Shown here piece by piece: positions 25,909 to 35,489 of a stretch of DNA of 64,000 nucleotides. The stretch comes from a virus, in IMG/VR virus record IMGVR_UViG_3300028783_000001, positions 32,001-96,000 of that record; one strand, given 5' to 3'. Each line of letters starts with the position of its first letter. The stretch's first letter is position 1. A program made the position numbers and the translations under genes. The notes under the pieces were generated by a model. The model searched no databases, was not told the DNA's origin, and saw nothing but the letters and a program-made list of their open reading frames with translations.

Positions 25909-27153
25909 ATGAAGCTCAGTGGAGAGCAAACTCAGGTGTTGAAGCACCTACTGACGCAGACGACGGGTAGCTATCTCATAACCGGAAATGCAGGTTGCGG
26001 TAAAACTACACTTGCTGCTTACCTCGTGAGCCGTTTTCTTCGTAAAAACTCGCAGGTGCTGGTGATGTGTCCGACGCACCAGGCCAAGCAGCAATTCTCA
26101 AACAGGCTAGGCGAGCACAAGAATCTAAACCTCATCACGGTCGCCAAGTTTTTAGGCCAACGCCCGATAGTCGACAAGGCTAGCGGGCGTCTAACGTTTA
26201 CCTCTGGTGGTGGAACTGAGGAGACCGACTATCAGCTGATCGTGGTCGACGAGACGTCGATGGTCGGTGAGTATGAGTTGATGGAGATTGCTCGCGCCGC
26301 GATGCACTCGCTCGTCGTCTTCCTGGGCGACTTCGCCCAGTTGCGTCCCGTCATGAAGCGACAGGGAGACGCCTACACGCGTCTCCACACATTTCGCTTA
26401 GTAGAGCAGCACCGCAACCAAAACGCCATACTCGCCCTCTGCAATCGCGTCCGCGTGGGAGTTGATTATCCCCATACCAGCAACGGAATGATCCGCGTTC
26501 ACCGCGACCGGCGTAGCATGGTTCGCGACTTCCTACACGCGCTAACTACGGCAAAAGATCCGCTGGACGTCTGCTACCTCACATACCGCAACGCGCTCGT
26601 CAACCAGGTGCGCATGCTGGCACACCGTCGTTTGTATGGGGACGCCGTGTTCGCCGTAGGCCAGCAGCTGAGGCTCGACCAGATGTGTGCTGCGGGTTAC
26701 AACGGCAGCATCGTTTGCGTCGAGCAGGTTGGTCGCGTGAAGACGCGGGTGATCGACGGTGAGAAGTTTGAGGTGTATCCGCTTCGCGTGTTCAATCCTG
26801 ATACCGAGATTACCTACACGATCTACGCCGCTGGGATGAGCGAGCAGGCCAGGCAGGGAGCGCTGATCGAACGCCTATACGAGGCTAGCGCCAAGGCGTT
26901 TGCTCGCGACAAGGATGCGTGGAGGGAGGCGCGGAACGAGCTAGAGTTGGCCGAGACTATGGTGCGCCACTCTAGCCCATTCGTAGGCACTGTTCACAAG
27001 TCACAGGGACGGTCCATTGGTAGCGTGTTCGTCGATACGCTCGACATAAGCACGGGATCAGACAAGCGGCGTCTGCTCTATGTAGGCTACTCCCGCGCGT
27101 CACGCAGGCTGCATACGATTGCGGTCCCACTTAAGAAGCGGAGGGGAGCATGA
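25909..27153 (+). CDS. dda: SF1B Dda/RecD-like DNA helicase
   Basis: GNAGCGKTT, PTHQA, VDETSMV, GDFAQLRPV, TVHKSQG, LYVGYSRA. Confidence 0.9.
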   Translation: MKLSGEQTQVLKHLLTQTTGSYLITGNAGCGKTTLAAYLVSRFLRKNSQVLVMCPTHQAKQQFSNRLGEHKNLNLITVAKFLGQRPIVDKASGRLTFTSGGGTEETDYQLIVVDETSMVGEYELMEIARAAMHSLVVFLGDFAQLRPVMKRQGDAYTRLHTFRLVEQHRNQNAILALCNRVRVGVDYPHTSNGMIRVHRDRRSMVRDFLHALTTAKDPLDVCYLTYRNALVNQVRMLAHRRLYGDAVFAVGQQLRLDQMCAAGYNGSIVCVEQVGRVKTRVIDGEKFEVYPLRVFNPDTEITYTIYAAGMSEQARQGALIERLYEASAKAFARDKDAWREARNELELAETMVRHSSPFVGTVHKSQGRSIGSVFVDTLDISTGSDKRRLLYVGYSRASRRLHTIAVPLKKRRGA

Positions 27154-27926
27154 AGATCATCGGCGGAACCGACTACTACGACGTGGCCCTCGCTACCGGA
27201 CACGACGATAATATCGTCTTCATCCGCCAGGGGATCAAGGCCGGCTTGTATGGAATCTTTGACATAAACGCAATCCCATACGACCCACCTGAACTGGGTG
27301 AGCCTAAGTGGGGTTTAGATACCAAACCGCTGGGAAGCAAATACAACCGATGGCGTTACAACAACCGCTCGTGGGAATTTTCCTATAAGAGCGGTCGAAT
27401 TATTTTGTCCAAGGTGGTGGTATGGTTTTGTGGAACGCGTCACGGTGGAATACGTTGGACCTATTCGGACAGTTATACGACGTTGCGTTCACCTGATGAT
27501 CCCCTGACTCACAACCAAGTATTTTGGTCGCACCAACTTCTCTTGGACAGTCTAGCTAAGGCAGGCTTTGAACCTCAAACGACCGGTGACTGGCGCAGCA
27601 ACGATTCATCTGCGTCATCCTTGGAAAAGCATTTTACCAACACAGGTAAGCAAGTTGTCTACGACTGGTTGGTGGAAAGCAAATATGCTATAGCGGTTCG
27701 CGACGATCCGAGGATTGGCTGGATCATAAATGCCGACGTGTTGAAGCATGTGCAGTTTCAGCGCAAGCTAGATGCGTGGCAAGCATTTCAAGAGCTGTCA
27801 ATATTTGTCGGCAATCTTGCAACCAATGAGAATAGGATGGTGGAGATTACAGACCCTAAGATTAAGATTGCCAAGCACGGCTTTGACAAGTGGAGCTTTA
27901 GGAAGATGCCGGCAGTGAGTAAATAA
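27150..27926 (+). CDS. hypothetical phage protein
   Basis: MKII..DYYD ... AFQEL ... KHGFDKWSFRK, 258 aa. Confidence 0.75.
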   Translation: MKIIGGTDYYDVALATGHDDNIVFIRQGIKAGLYGIFDINAIPYDPPELGEPKWGLDTKPLGSKYNRWRYNNRSWEFSYKSGRIILSKVVVWFCGTRHGGIRWTYSDSYTTLRSPDDPLTHNQVFWSHQLLLDSLAKAGFEPQTTGDWRSNDSSASSLEKHFTNTGKQVVYDWLVESKYAIAVRDDPRIGWIINADVLKHVQFQRKLDAWQAFQELSIFVGNLATNENRMVEITDPKIKIAKHGFDKWSFRKMPAVSK

Positions 27927-27931
27927 GGGGT

Positions 27932-28228
27932 GTGCTAATGGCTAAGGGCAAAGCAGAGGACAAGAGACCAATCTTATTCAAGCAGGTGTATGATGCATTT
28001 GGTGGCCGTAGCCCTGGTGGTTATGGCCGCGACGTCGATGGGGAGCACGTTTTGTTCCTTGAGCGGGACATGCTGCACTTCTGTCCCGACTACCAGTCCG
28101 TAGTGGATTCGTTGAATGCAATGGAGCTCACTAGTTGCGCACGGGTTGAGGTGGTTGAGGAAATTTGGCTGGGTAAATCTAGGTTGTGTGGTCGAGAATC
28201 ACTGGAGCAGAACAATGACAAAACTTGA
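27932..28228 (+). CDS. hypothetical protein
   Basis: Follows TGAGTAAATA. Confidence 0.55.
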   Translation: MLMAKGKAEDKRPILFKQVYDAFGGRSPGGYGRDVDGEHVLFLERDMLHFCPDYQSVVDSLNAMELTSCARVEVVEEIWLGKSRLCGRESLEQNNDKT

Positions 28229-28592
28229 TGTCGATATTAACGCGCTCGACAAGTGCATCATTCACTGGAAGGAAAATGAGGTAGCGAAGACAATTGGTGA
28301 TACCAATATAGGTTCTGATGGGTGTGCCTTGTGTTCCATCTACAACCTCGATTGGAGTAACGACTGTCGTGGTTGTCCCATCAAGGCAAAGACTGGTCTT
28401 TATACTTGTTTAGGTACGCCATACGATAGCGTATCTAATATGATGGATCTCTGGTTTTATAGCATAGACACCGGTAAGTGGTACGCACCGATTGAGCAGC
28501 GCTTCCGGCGGTGGAAGTTTAACCAAGCCGCCAAGAAGTTTCGCAAGTGGCTGCAGGCGCTGAGGTTAGAGCTGGTTACGCACCATGGATGA
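28215..28592 (+). CDS. Cys-rich hypothetical protein (CALC..CRGCP..C)
   Basis: GGAG SD, ATG 28215. Confidence 0.6.
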   Translation: MTKLDVDINALDKCIIHWKENEVAKTIGDTNIGSDGCALCSIYNLDWSNDCRGCPIKAKTGLYTCLGTPYDSVSNMMDLWFYSIDTGKWYAPIEQRFRRWKFNQAAKKFRKWLQALRLELVTHHG

Positions 28593-28832
28593 CCCAGATA
28601 GACTCAACCGAGTCCACGTTGTGACCGTGCGAGGTCACGGTGACAAATTCTTCGTCTACCTGAACGATGGTTCTTCCGTCGCTTGGGAGGTTTGGATCAC
28701 ACTTAGCGAAGCAGAGCGAAGGAGTCAGTGATGACGATATTACAACTGATACAGGCCCACCCAGACGTAGGAAGCCTCGATTCCTGGTGGCTCGTGGTGG
28801 CGGTTTTCCTTATAGCCGTGATAGCGAGGTAG

Positions 28833-29093
28833 GTGATGAGGCTGATCAGCAAACCGCGCCGGATCGTTACGGAGATTGCACCGGGCTGGTCCGGTAGGGC
28901 CTACTGGGCCGACGTTATCATCGACTCGGAGGACGCCTCGCTGGAGCTTGGGCATCAGTATTCAGCCTTACTAATCAATGGGCTGCACATTGTTGGCGTG
29001 TTTCCGTTGGAGATGGTCCCTCGCAGTCCGCTTCACTCCAAGAGGGACTGCTACCGATGTGCCGTAAACTTCGTAGAGGAGGTTGGAAAATGA
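28833..29093 (+). CDS. hypothetical protein
   Basis: Coupled to the macrodomain gene. Confidence 0.5.
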   Translation: MMRLISKPRRIVTEIAPGWSGRAYWADVIIDSEDASLELGHQYSALLINGLHIVGVFPLEMVPRSPLHSKRDCYRCAVNFVEEVGK

Positions 29094-29536
29094 TAACGTA
29101 TAAGAGGGGCGATGTTACAAACGCGAGTGAGCAGCTAATCGTGCATGGCTGCAACGCGCAGGGCGTGATGGGATCGGGGGTTGCGCTAGCGATTAGACGC
29201 AAGTGGCCATGGGTCTACGACGCGTATGCTCAGCTGCAGCCACCAATCCGACTGGGCCACGTGCAGTTTATCGAGACGAAGCCTAATTCCAGCCAGTATG
29301 TGGGCAACGCAATCACTCAGGAGTATTATGGCAAGAGTGGCACGCGCTTTGTGTCCTACGATGCCATTGACGAGTGCATGCAGCGGGTTCACCTATTCCT
29401 ATACGACAACGAACTAATCGACTCGGTTGCGATGCCGAAGATTGGAGCTGGGCTAGGTGGTGGTGACTGGGGTGTAATCGAGGCTATCATCAAGGACCGC
29501 CTCGCTGATCACAACGTTTCCATCTATGAGCTTTAG
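29090..29536 (+). CDS. Macrodomain ADP-ribose-binding/hydrolase protein (Poa1p / T4 Tk.4-like)
   Basis: GDV, IVHGCNAQGVMGSGVA, MPKIGAGLGGGDW. Confidence 0.9.
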   Translation: MITYKRGDVTNASEQLIVHGCNAQGVMGSGVALAIRRKWPWVYDAYAQLQPPIRLGHVQFIETKPNSSQYVGNAITQEYYGKSGTRFVSYDAIDECMQRVHLFLYDNELIDSVAMPKIGAGLGGGDWGVIEAIIKDRLADHNVSIYEL

Positions 29537-29545
29537 GGGAACACC

Positions 29546-30430
29546 ATGCCGATACTGAATCTAACCGAGGGCTTCGCGCCATACGGCAAAGAGCCTAAGA
29601 TGAATACGATTGGCCTATCACGCAACAAAATCTTCTCTGGTGGTGAGATCGACGTTGCGTTGGACACGGCTATTCCGCACGATAACGTGATGATTACCAC
29701 ACGCCTTGTAAACAGCGACGACGTGATGCAATTGCTAATGGCGACCGACGCCCTACGGCGGCGGGGCGCGAAAAACATAAACGTCTTCTTTCCATACTGT
29801 CCGTATGCACGGCAGGACCGCGTATGTGGGCACGGTGAAGCATTCTCGCTGGAGGTGTTCGCCAAGCTGATCAACGCACAAAACTACCAGAGCGTCACAG
29901 TGTTCGACACTCACTCCGCAGTAGCGACGTCGCTAATCAACAACTGCAAAAACATATCTCCTGCGGGGTTTGCATCGAGTATCATCAACAGTTACTATGG
30001 TACGTTGGAAGACAAACCTGCAGAGTCCGACTACTTCTTGATCGCACCAGACTCTGGCGCCGCCAAGAAGGTTCAGGCCGTATGGGATATGACCGACTGT
30101 GAAAATCCTCCTGTCGTCTTCTTTAAGAAGCGTGGGATTGGTGGTCAGATTGATAGCATTGAAACGTCGTTGCATTCAATGTTTGGTAAGGATGCATGGA
30201 TTGTCGACGACATCTGCGATGGTGGACGGACGTTTATTGCGCTTACCAAGAAGCTGAAGGAGATGAACGTAGGTAACGTGTTTCTAATCGTATCGCACGG
30301 CATCTTCTCGTATGGTACCAAGTGCTTGGAAGACGCCGGCATCGAACATGTGTGGACTACGGATAGCTTCCCAGAAAAAGCTAGTGACTACGACCTCATT
30401 ACTCGCATGTCACTCAGCGACCTTATCTAA
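29546..30430 (+). CDS. prs: Ribose-phosphate pyrophosphokinase-like protein (probable ADPR-PP synthetase, Adps)
   Basis: FSGGE, PYCPYARQDR, DTHS, APDSGA, VDDICDGGRTF, SHGIFS. Confidence 0.9.
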   Translation: MPILNLTEGFAPYGKEPKMNTIGLSRNKIFSGGEIDVALDTAIPHDNVMITTRLVNSDDVMQLLMATDALRRRGAKNINVFFPYCPYARQDRVCGHGEAFSLEVFAKLINAQNYQSVTVFDTHSAVATSLINNCKNISPAGFASSIINSYYGTLEDKPAESDYFLIAPDSGAAKKVQAVWDMTDCENPPVVFFKKRGIGGQIDSIETSLHSMFGKDAWIVDDICDGGRTFIALTKKLKEMNVGNVFLIVSHGIFSYGTKCLEDAGIEHVWTTDSFPEKASDYDLITRMSLSDLI

Positions 30431-30441
30431 AGGATCATCCA

Positions 30442-32127
30442 ATGAGATACCTTCCCGTCAAGCAATACGACTTCCAGAATCCTGGCCTCCACGTTGATGG
30501 CTACAAGACTGGGCATATCAACCAGTTTCCAGACAACACCACTTTCTGCTATTCAAACTTCACGCCGCGCAGCACGAAGCACCTTGCGACGCTAGACGAC
30601 TTCGACGACCGCATCGTCTTCTTCGGGCTCAATGGGCTGATCCAGTGGTACCTCATCAACGAGTGGAACGATAAGTTTTTCAACCGACCAGTTGAGGCCG
30701 TCGTTAGCCTCTACCAAAAGACGATGGACGACTACCTCGGACCTGGAATCGTTGGAACGGATCACATCCGCGCGCTACATGAGCTGGGCTACCTACCGAT
30801 CCTCATCAAGGCATTGCCGGAAGGCTCGCGCGTAAACGTTCGCGTGGCGATGTGGACGATCCAGAATACGCTACCGGAGTTTTTCTGGCTCACGAATTAC
30901 CTGGAGACGCAGCTGTCGGCACAGTTCTGGAAGTCGCCCACGACCGCCACCACGGCGTTTGAGTTTAAGCGGCTGTTCATCCGCTACGCCCACCAAACTG
31001 GCGTACCGGTGGACTCTGTTGACGGACAGCTAGTGTTTAGCGACGTGCAGGGTCACGACTTCGCCATGCGTGGAATGTCCGGATGCACCGACGCCATCAT
31101 GCAGGCGGCGGCGCATCTGACGTCTCACCACGGCACCGATACCGTTCCGGCGATCCTCTACATCAAGGAGCTGTATGGGGACGACTCGTTTGTTGGCTGC
31201 TCGGTTCCTGCAACAGAGCACGCCGTCATGTGCATGGGCGGTAAGGACGATGAGGTCCACACAATCTACCGGCTTATTGCGGAAATCTATCCGAAGGGAA
31301 TCGTCAGCATCGTTTCCGATACCTGGGACTTCTGGAACACGTTGTGCAATACGACTAAGCTGCTCAAGCCAGAGATCATGGCTCGCGATGGCAAGGTTGT
31401 GTTTCGCCCAGACTCCGGCAATCCCGCTGACATAATCTGCGGAACTGCGCGGAGCATGGATTACTGCGGGAGCGTCCGCGACGCCTGCTCGGAAGCAAGG
31501 TATGCAGGAGTTGGCGTCTTCACTTATGGTGGAGCCTACTACGAGGTATGTGAATCACTGGCAGTGGCCCCCCATGGAGCATTTACGGTAGATGGGCTGT
31601 CCTATCTGCGCGTCGAACCAACTCCTGAGATGATGGGTGCTGTGCAGGTTTTGTGGGACAACTTCGGCGGAACCGAGACCGACAAAGGCTTCAAGGTGCT
31701 AGATTCACACGTTGGCCTAATCTACGGTGACTCAATAAACCTCAAGGTCGCAGAGGACATCTTCCAGCGGTTGATCACCAAGGGCTTCGCATCAAACAAC
31801 ATCGTGTTTGGCGTCGGCTCGTTCACCTACCAGTTTGTCACGCGCGATACGATTGGGTCTGCCATCAAAGCCACATACGGATGCGTCAACGGCGAATACC
31901 GTGAGCTGTTCAAAGATCCGAAGACAGACAACGGTGTGAAGAAGAGTGCACGCGGCCTGATCCGAATCGAGGGCAACGACGAAGATGGTTTCACCCAGTT
32001 CGACCAGCAATCTCTTGATGAGGTGACCAAGGGCCTTCTGAGGCCGGTATTTTATGAGGGAAAATACATCGATCACGGCGACACCATATCGGTGATCCGT
32101 GAGCGGTTAAACAAGCAGGTGTATTAA
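30442..32127 (+). CDS. nadV: Nicotinamide phosphoribosyltransferase-like protein (probable Namat)
   Basis: DGYKTGH, HDFAMRG, GTDT, SVPATEH, SIVSDTWD, RPDSG, IYGDSI, KDPKTD..KKSA.G. Confidence 0.92.
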   Translation: MRYLPVKQYDFQNPGLHVDGYKTGHINQFPDNTTFCYSNFTPRSTKHLATLDDFDDRIVFFGLNGLIQWYLINEWNDKFFNRPVEAVVSLYQKTMDDYLGPGIVGTDHIRALHELGYLPILIKALPEGSRVNVRVAMWTIQNTLPEFFWLTNYLETQLSAQFWKSPTTATTAFEFKRLFIRYAHQTGVPVDSVDGQLVFSDVQGHDFAMRGMSGCTDAIMQAAAHLTSHHGTDTVPAILYIKELYGDDSFVGCSVPATEHAVMCMGGKDDEVHTIYRLIAEIYPKGIVSIVSDTWDFWNTLCNTTKLLKPEIMARDGKVVFRPDSGNPADIICGTARSMDYCGSVRDACSEARYAGVGVFTYGGAYYEVCESLAVAPHGAFTVDGLSYLRVEPTPEMMGAVQVLWDNFGGTETDKGFKVLDSHVGLIYGDSINLKVAEDIFQRLITKGFASNNIVFGVGSFTYQFVTRDTIGSAIKATYGCVNGEYRELFKDPKTDNGVKKSARGLIRIEGNDEDGFTQFDQQSLDEVTKGLLRPVFYEGKYIDHGDTISVIRERLNKQVY

Positions 32128-32129
32128 AG

Positions 32130-32399
32130 ATGGCGCGCGGAGTAAAGAGGACGATACCAGGTCCCGACGATTATCCAGGAAAGCACTACTTCTGGGTGGA
32201 CGAGAGTGAGGCCCGCATGCTCTATCTCGAACATGAAAGGCGGTCCGCACAATACATCGCGGACCGCCTAAACGCCGAATTTCCTCAGCCGCTAGTTCTG
32301 ACGCGTAGTGCCGTTATTGCGAAGATGTGGAGGATGCGCGGCGGGGCTAAGTATCGCGTAAAAGCACCGTTTTCACCAGCCTCATATAGGGGATTATGA
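32130..32399 (+). CDS. gcrA: GcrA-like cell-cycle transcription regulator (N-terminal HTH)
   Basis: W...E...L...SAQYIA.RL...TRSAVIAKMWR. Confidence 0.7.
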   Translation: MARGVKRTIPGPDDYPGKHYFWVDESEARMLYLEHERRSAQYIADRLNAEFPQPLVLTRSAVIAKMWRMRGGAKYRVKAPFSPASYRGL

Positions 32400-32638
32400 T
32401 GCCGAAATATGCACTCAGACTGGATCCTGAATGTGGTGCTAGGAGTAGTGACTATATTACAAAGACTGGAAATTTCGTAAATAGCTTAGAAGATGCTCAC
32501 CACTTCCCTACGCTACGATTAGCAAGTCGAGCGCTAAGAGCGTGGGTTAAGATGGGCTCGGCTGAATCTCCGATGGAGATTGTCTTAGTCCCAAAGAAGG
32601 TTGTCAAGGCAACTGCGGAGAAGAAAACATGCCCCTAA
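32396..32638 (+). CDS. hypothetical protein
   Basis: ATGA overlap. Confidence 0.55.
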   Translation: MMPKYALRLDPECGARSSDYITKTGNFVNSLEDAHHFPTLRLASRALRAWVKMGSAESPMEIVLVPKKVVKATAEKKTCP

Positions 32639-32907
32639 CGCTCGTACAGGCCCAAGCCGCTGCCGTGATAGCTGCGCAGATTGCGCAGGTGCAAGACGCA
32701 ATCCCAAACGTCGAGGAGGCGCTGGCGTCCGATCTATCCGTATCGGGGATCGACGTCCTAGACATCCTTGGTGTGTCCATACCAATCTATGGATTCGTCT
32801 TATCACCGGCCGATAGCGCGGTGATTCTAAATCTAGTGTTGGCTAATCTGCAAGCACAGCTAGTGGACCTAAATGCACAGCTAATCGCAATCGACGTGAG
32901 CGGGTGA
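32629..32907 (+). CDS. hypothetical protein with no basic residues
   Basis: 92 aa containing no K, R or H. Confidence 0.6.
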   Translation: MPLTLVQAQAAAVIAAQIAQVQDAIPNVEEALASDLSVSGIDVLDILGVSIPIYGFVLSPADSAVILNLVLANLQAQLVDLNAQLIAIDVSG

Positions 32908-32911
32908 TGAC

Positions 32912-33346
32912 ATGATCGACAAGCTACTAAGAATGGTTGGGTTGCAGCGATGGCGGCGCCAGACAAATCTGTTTCAGACAGGGAAGTTTACGCTCGCGTC
33001 TGGACTGAAGAGCGACTTCAAGATTGAATGTGACGCATTGACCGATGAAGATTGGGATACCATCGCATTCCACCTACGAGACTACGCAGAGGAGTTTGGT
33101 GAGGTCATTGGGGTTCCGCGCGGTGGCCTAAAGCTGGCTAGAGCCTTGCAGAAATTCTGCGACTCTGGTAATGTATCCGGTCCTCGACTGGTAGTCGATG
33201 ACGTCATCACGACGGGAGGGTCGATCAGGAAGCTGATGACGCGTCCGACAGACGTTGGCCTAGTACTGTTCGCGCGAGACATAGACCGCTTGCCACCGGG
33301 AGTCTGCGCGCTCTTCACCATGACAAACTGGCGGAGATTTCCATGA
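32912..33346 (+). CDS. pyrE: Orotate phosphoribosyltransferase-like type I PRTase (short)
   Basis: GKFTLASG.KS, VPRGG, PRPP motif VVDDVITTGGS. Confidence 0.75.
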   Translation: MIDKLLRMVGLQRWRRQTNLFQTGKFTLASGLKSDFKIECDALTDEDWDTIAFHLRDYAEEFGEVIGVPRGGLKLARALQKFCDSGNVSGPRLVVDDVITTGGSIRKLMTRPTDVGLVLFARDIDRLPPGVCALFTMTNWRRFP

Positions 33347-33570
33347 AGGTTCAGATAAAGTGTGATGAACATCGAGCCGAGCTACTCGCTCGCGAGTTGG
33401 GTAAGATTCGCATCTGGCTTACTGGATGGCACGCGGTAATGATACTGCTAGTAGGTGGAATCCTCGGAGAGGGGCTAATCTTCGCGGCAATCCTTGGCAT
33501 GCGACGCGACATAGAGAAGCTACGCCTCGAACTGTTAAAGAAAATTAACCTCATCGGTTTAGGAGACTAA
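33343..33570 (+). CDS. small membrane protein
   Basis: ATGA overlap, one TM segment. Confidence 0.5.
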   Translation: MKVQIKCDEHRAELLARELGKIRIWLTGWHAVMILLVGGILGEGLIFAAILGMRRDIEKLRLELLKKINLIGLGD

Positions 33571-33572
33571 AC

Positions 33573-33773
33573 ATGGAAATTTGTATAATGATCCTACTGC
33601 CTGTGCTTATCGGACTCGCCCTTTGGATCGGTGACGCAACCCAGAACATGATTGCGCGCTTGGAGATTGACAGCAAGCAGAGGCACGAAGAGCTACTTGC
33701 TGAAATCCAGTTCCAGCAAAAGAAGCGAGAAGATGAGCGCAACTATCCGTATTCTAGTACGGGGGACTACTGA
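33573..33773 (+). CDS. small membrane protein
   Basis: AGGAG SD, N-terminal TM segment. Confidence 0.55.
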   Translation: MEICIMILLPVLIGLALWIGDATQNMIARLEIDSKQRHEELLAEIQFQQKKREDERNYPYSSTGDY

Positions 33774-33975
33774 AATGTGCTGGATCGCTCTAGTCTTATA
33801 CATACTCGGAACCTTCTGTGCTATGCACGATCTCTCACGCGAGGGTGACTTCGTTGGCGTACAGCTACCGACCATGATTATTCTCGCTGTAATGTGGCCA
33901 ATTTTTGTAGGTTATTTCATAATCGTTAATGCGCCGCGCGTCCTCAAAAGCTGGTTTGACGTGGGAGGCTAAGTC

Positions 33976-34248
33976 ATGAGTAACAAGATGCTACTGACGT
34001 TCCTCGTGTTTGCTGAGAGCGACGTGTTGATAGCTCAATGCGTCGAGCATGATATCTGTGTACACGGTAAAGACATGGAAATCCTACTAGACCGCATCAA
34101 CCATACATTAGCAGCGGAGCGTAAGATTGGAAACGAGGATCTGTCACATACTGGCGTACCACTAGCCGACGTCATTGCAAGAATCGAGCAACGAGTGAAA
34201 GCTGGTGCTGCCATGCTCGCCTTGACCGGAGTGGAGCGATTCCTATGA
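33976..34248 (+). CDS. HicB-like (partial RNase H fold) protein
   Basis: V..E.DVLIAQCVEHDICVHGKD. Confidence 0.5.
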   Translation: MSNKMLLTFLVFAESDVLIAQCVEHDICVHGKDMEILLDRINHTLAAERKIGNEDLSHTGVPLADVIARIEQRVKAGAAMLALTGVERFL

Positions 34249-34520
34249 GCACGAAGCAAAGTCGCAAGACTAAGCTGCGCAAGGATAGACAGGCAGCAGC
34301 GCGAGCGCGGCGGGCGCTGGAGGCTAGTGCCATCCCCCACGTCTACTCACTACGCGAGGCTATCAGGTACAACAAGCGTCGCCGTGATCCTATAGTTCGA
34401 TCTTACGAGGATAGCCTGGTCGAGCTACTCGCATCGATGCCTGGTTCAGACGAGTGGTCAGACGCTTTAGCTGACCAGATTTGTGAGCTAGAGGACGAGC
34501 GAATCCTTAAGGAGATATGA
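34245..34520 (+). CDS. hypothetical protein
   Basis: ATGA overlap. Confidence 0.55.
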   Translation: MSTKQSRKTKLRKDRQAAARARRALEASAIPHVYSLREAIRYNKRRRDPIVRSYEDSLVELLASMPGSDEWSDALADQICELEDERILKEI

Positions 34521-34523
34521 GAT

Positions 34524-34772
34524 ATGAGTTATACAAAACAAATGCCGATAGACGGCAATGTATTTTATATGACATCTACGGTCGACTCTCCAGTCGGTCC
34601 GACGTCCAGTATTGACGCGGAGTTTTATGTAACCGACGTTGCAGCGGTAAACGCTGCAGAGGGCGACGTCGAGGACAACGGCACCATGGTTATCTTCGAG
34701 TGCCGTGCAGTGAAGAGCTTCAGCAAATCTAGCAGCATCAAGACTACGCTCATTGGAGAACAACATGACTGA
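34524..34772 (+). CDS. hypothetical protein, paralog of the next gene
   Basis: Shared VxFECRAV motif. Confidence 0.65.
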   Translation: MSYTKQMPIDGNVFYMTSTVDSPVGPTSSIDAEFYVTDVAAVNAAEGDVEDNGTMVIFECRAVKSFSKSSSIKTTLIGEQHD

Positions 34773-35091
34773 TACAAAACGACTAGTGGTGCTTCCTACA
34801 GACGGATTGACCTTCTTCTCACTTGCTTTAGTAGACTGCGATGACGGCACTGTTTCCGAAAACTCAGACTTCTACAACTACGAGAGCCGGGAGCTTGCGG
34901 TCGCGGCTGCAAAGAAGATGAACGATGAGGACGGTGGAAGCTTTGTGGTTTTTGAGTGCCGAGCAGTAAACAACATCATCGAAAAGAAGGGTGTTACCGT
35001 TCAGGCAATCAAGAAGTTGGCGGTAAAGGAAGAGGCAAAGCCTATAGCAACCTCTATTTCCGCAGGAACCTGTGATAAGAAGGGCAACTGA
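34765..35091 (+). CDS. hypothetical protein, paralog of the previous gene
   Basis: Shared VxFECRAV motif. Confidence 0.65.
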   Translation: MTDTKRLVVLPTDGLTFFSLALVDCDDGTVSENSDFYNYESRELAVAAAKKMNDEDGGSFVVFECRAVNNIIEKKGVTVQAIKKLAVKEEAKPIATSISAGTCDKKGN

Positions 35092-35278
35092 AATGAGTCT
35101 TCTGGATATTCTAATCAGCGTGCTGGCCGCGCTATTCTGGACGGTCGTGCTGGGCTACGGCTGTAACTGGATCTTCGACCAAGCCCCTGGGTTGAGCCAA
35201 GCGGGAGTTGTCTGGATCATGATAGCCGCTTGGCAGTTTGTTCCAATCCTAATAAATATCATGAGGGCACCGTAGCTT

Positions 35279-35473
35279 TTGATTGGAATGCTGATGACCG
35301 ACATCTGTAGTTTGTGCCAAGGCACTGGAAACATTCTCTGCGTTCACAACGAACGCAGAGAATTTTGGTCTTGTGTGGCATGTGGTGGAGCCGGCGCGCG
35401 TGTAATGTACGGACCACCTACGATTCATATTCATGTCCCGAAGACTAAGAAACGCACGCAGAGTAAATGCTAG
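35279..35473 (+). CDS. small DnaJ-type zinc-finger protein
   Basis: CSLCQGTG...CVACGGAG. Confidence 0.55.
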   Translation: MIGMLMTDICSLCQGTGNILCVHNERREFWSCVACGGAGARVMYGPPTIHIHVPKTKKRTQSKC

Positions 35474-35489
35474 ATATAAGGAGACGATC

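Noticed and set aside
29546-32127. NARP2 or a classical NadV + NadM/NadR salvage route
   Set aside because: No NMN adenylyltransferase (HxGH motif) in the window; the PRS-like + NAMPT-like pairing matches NARP1.
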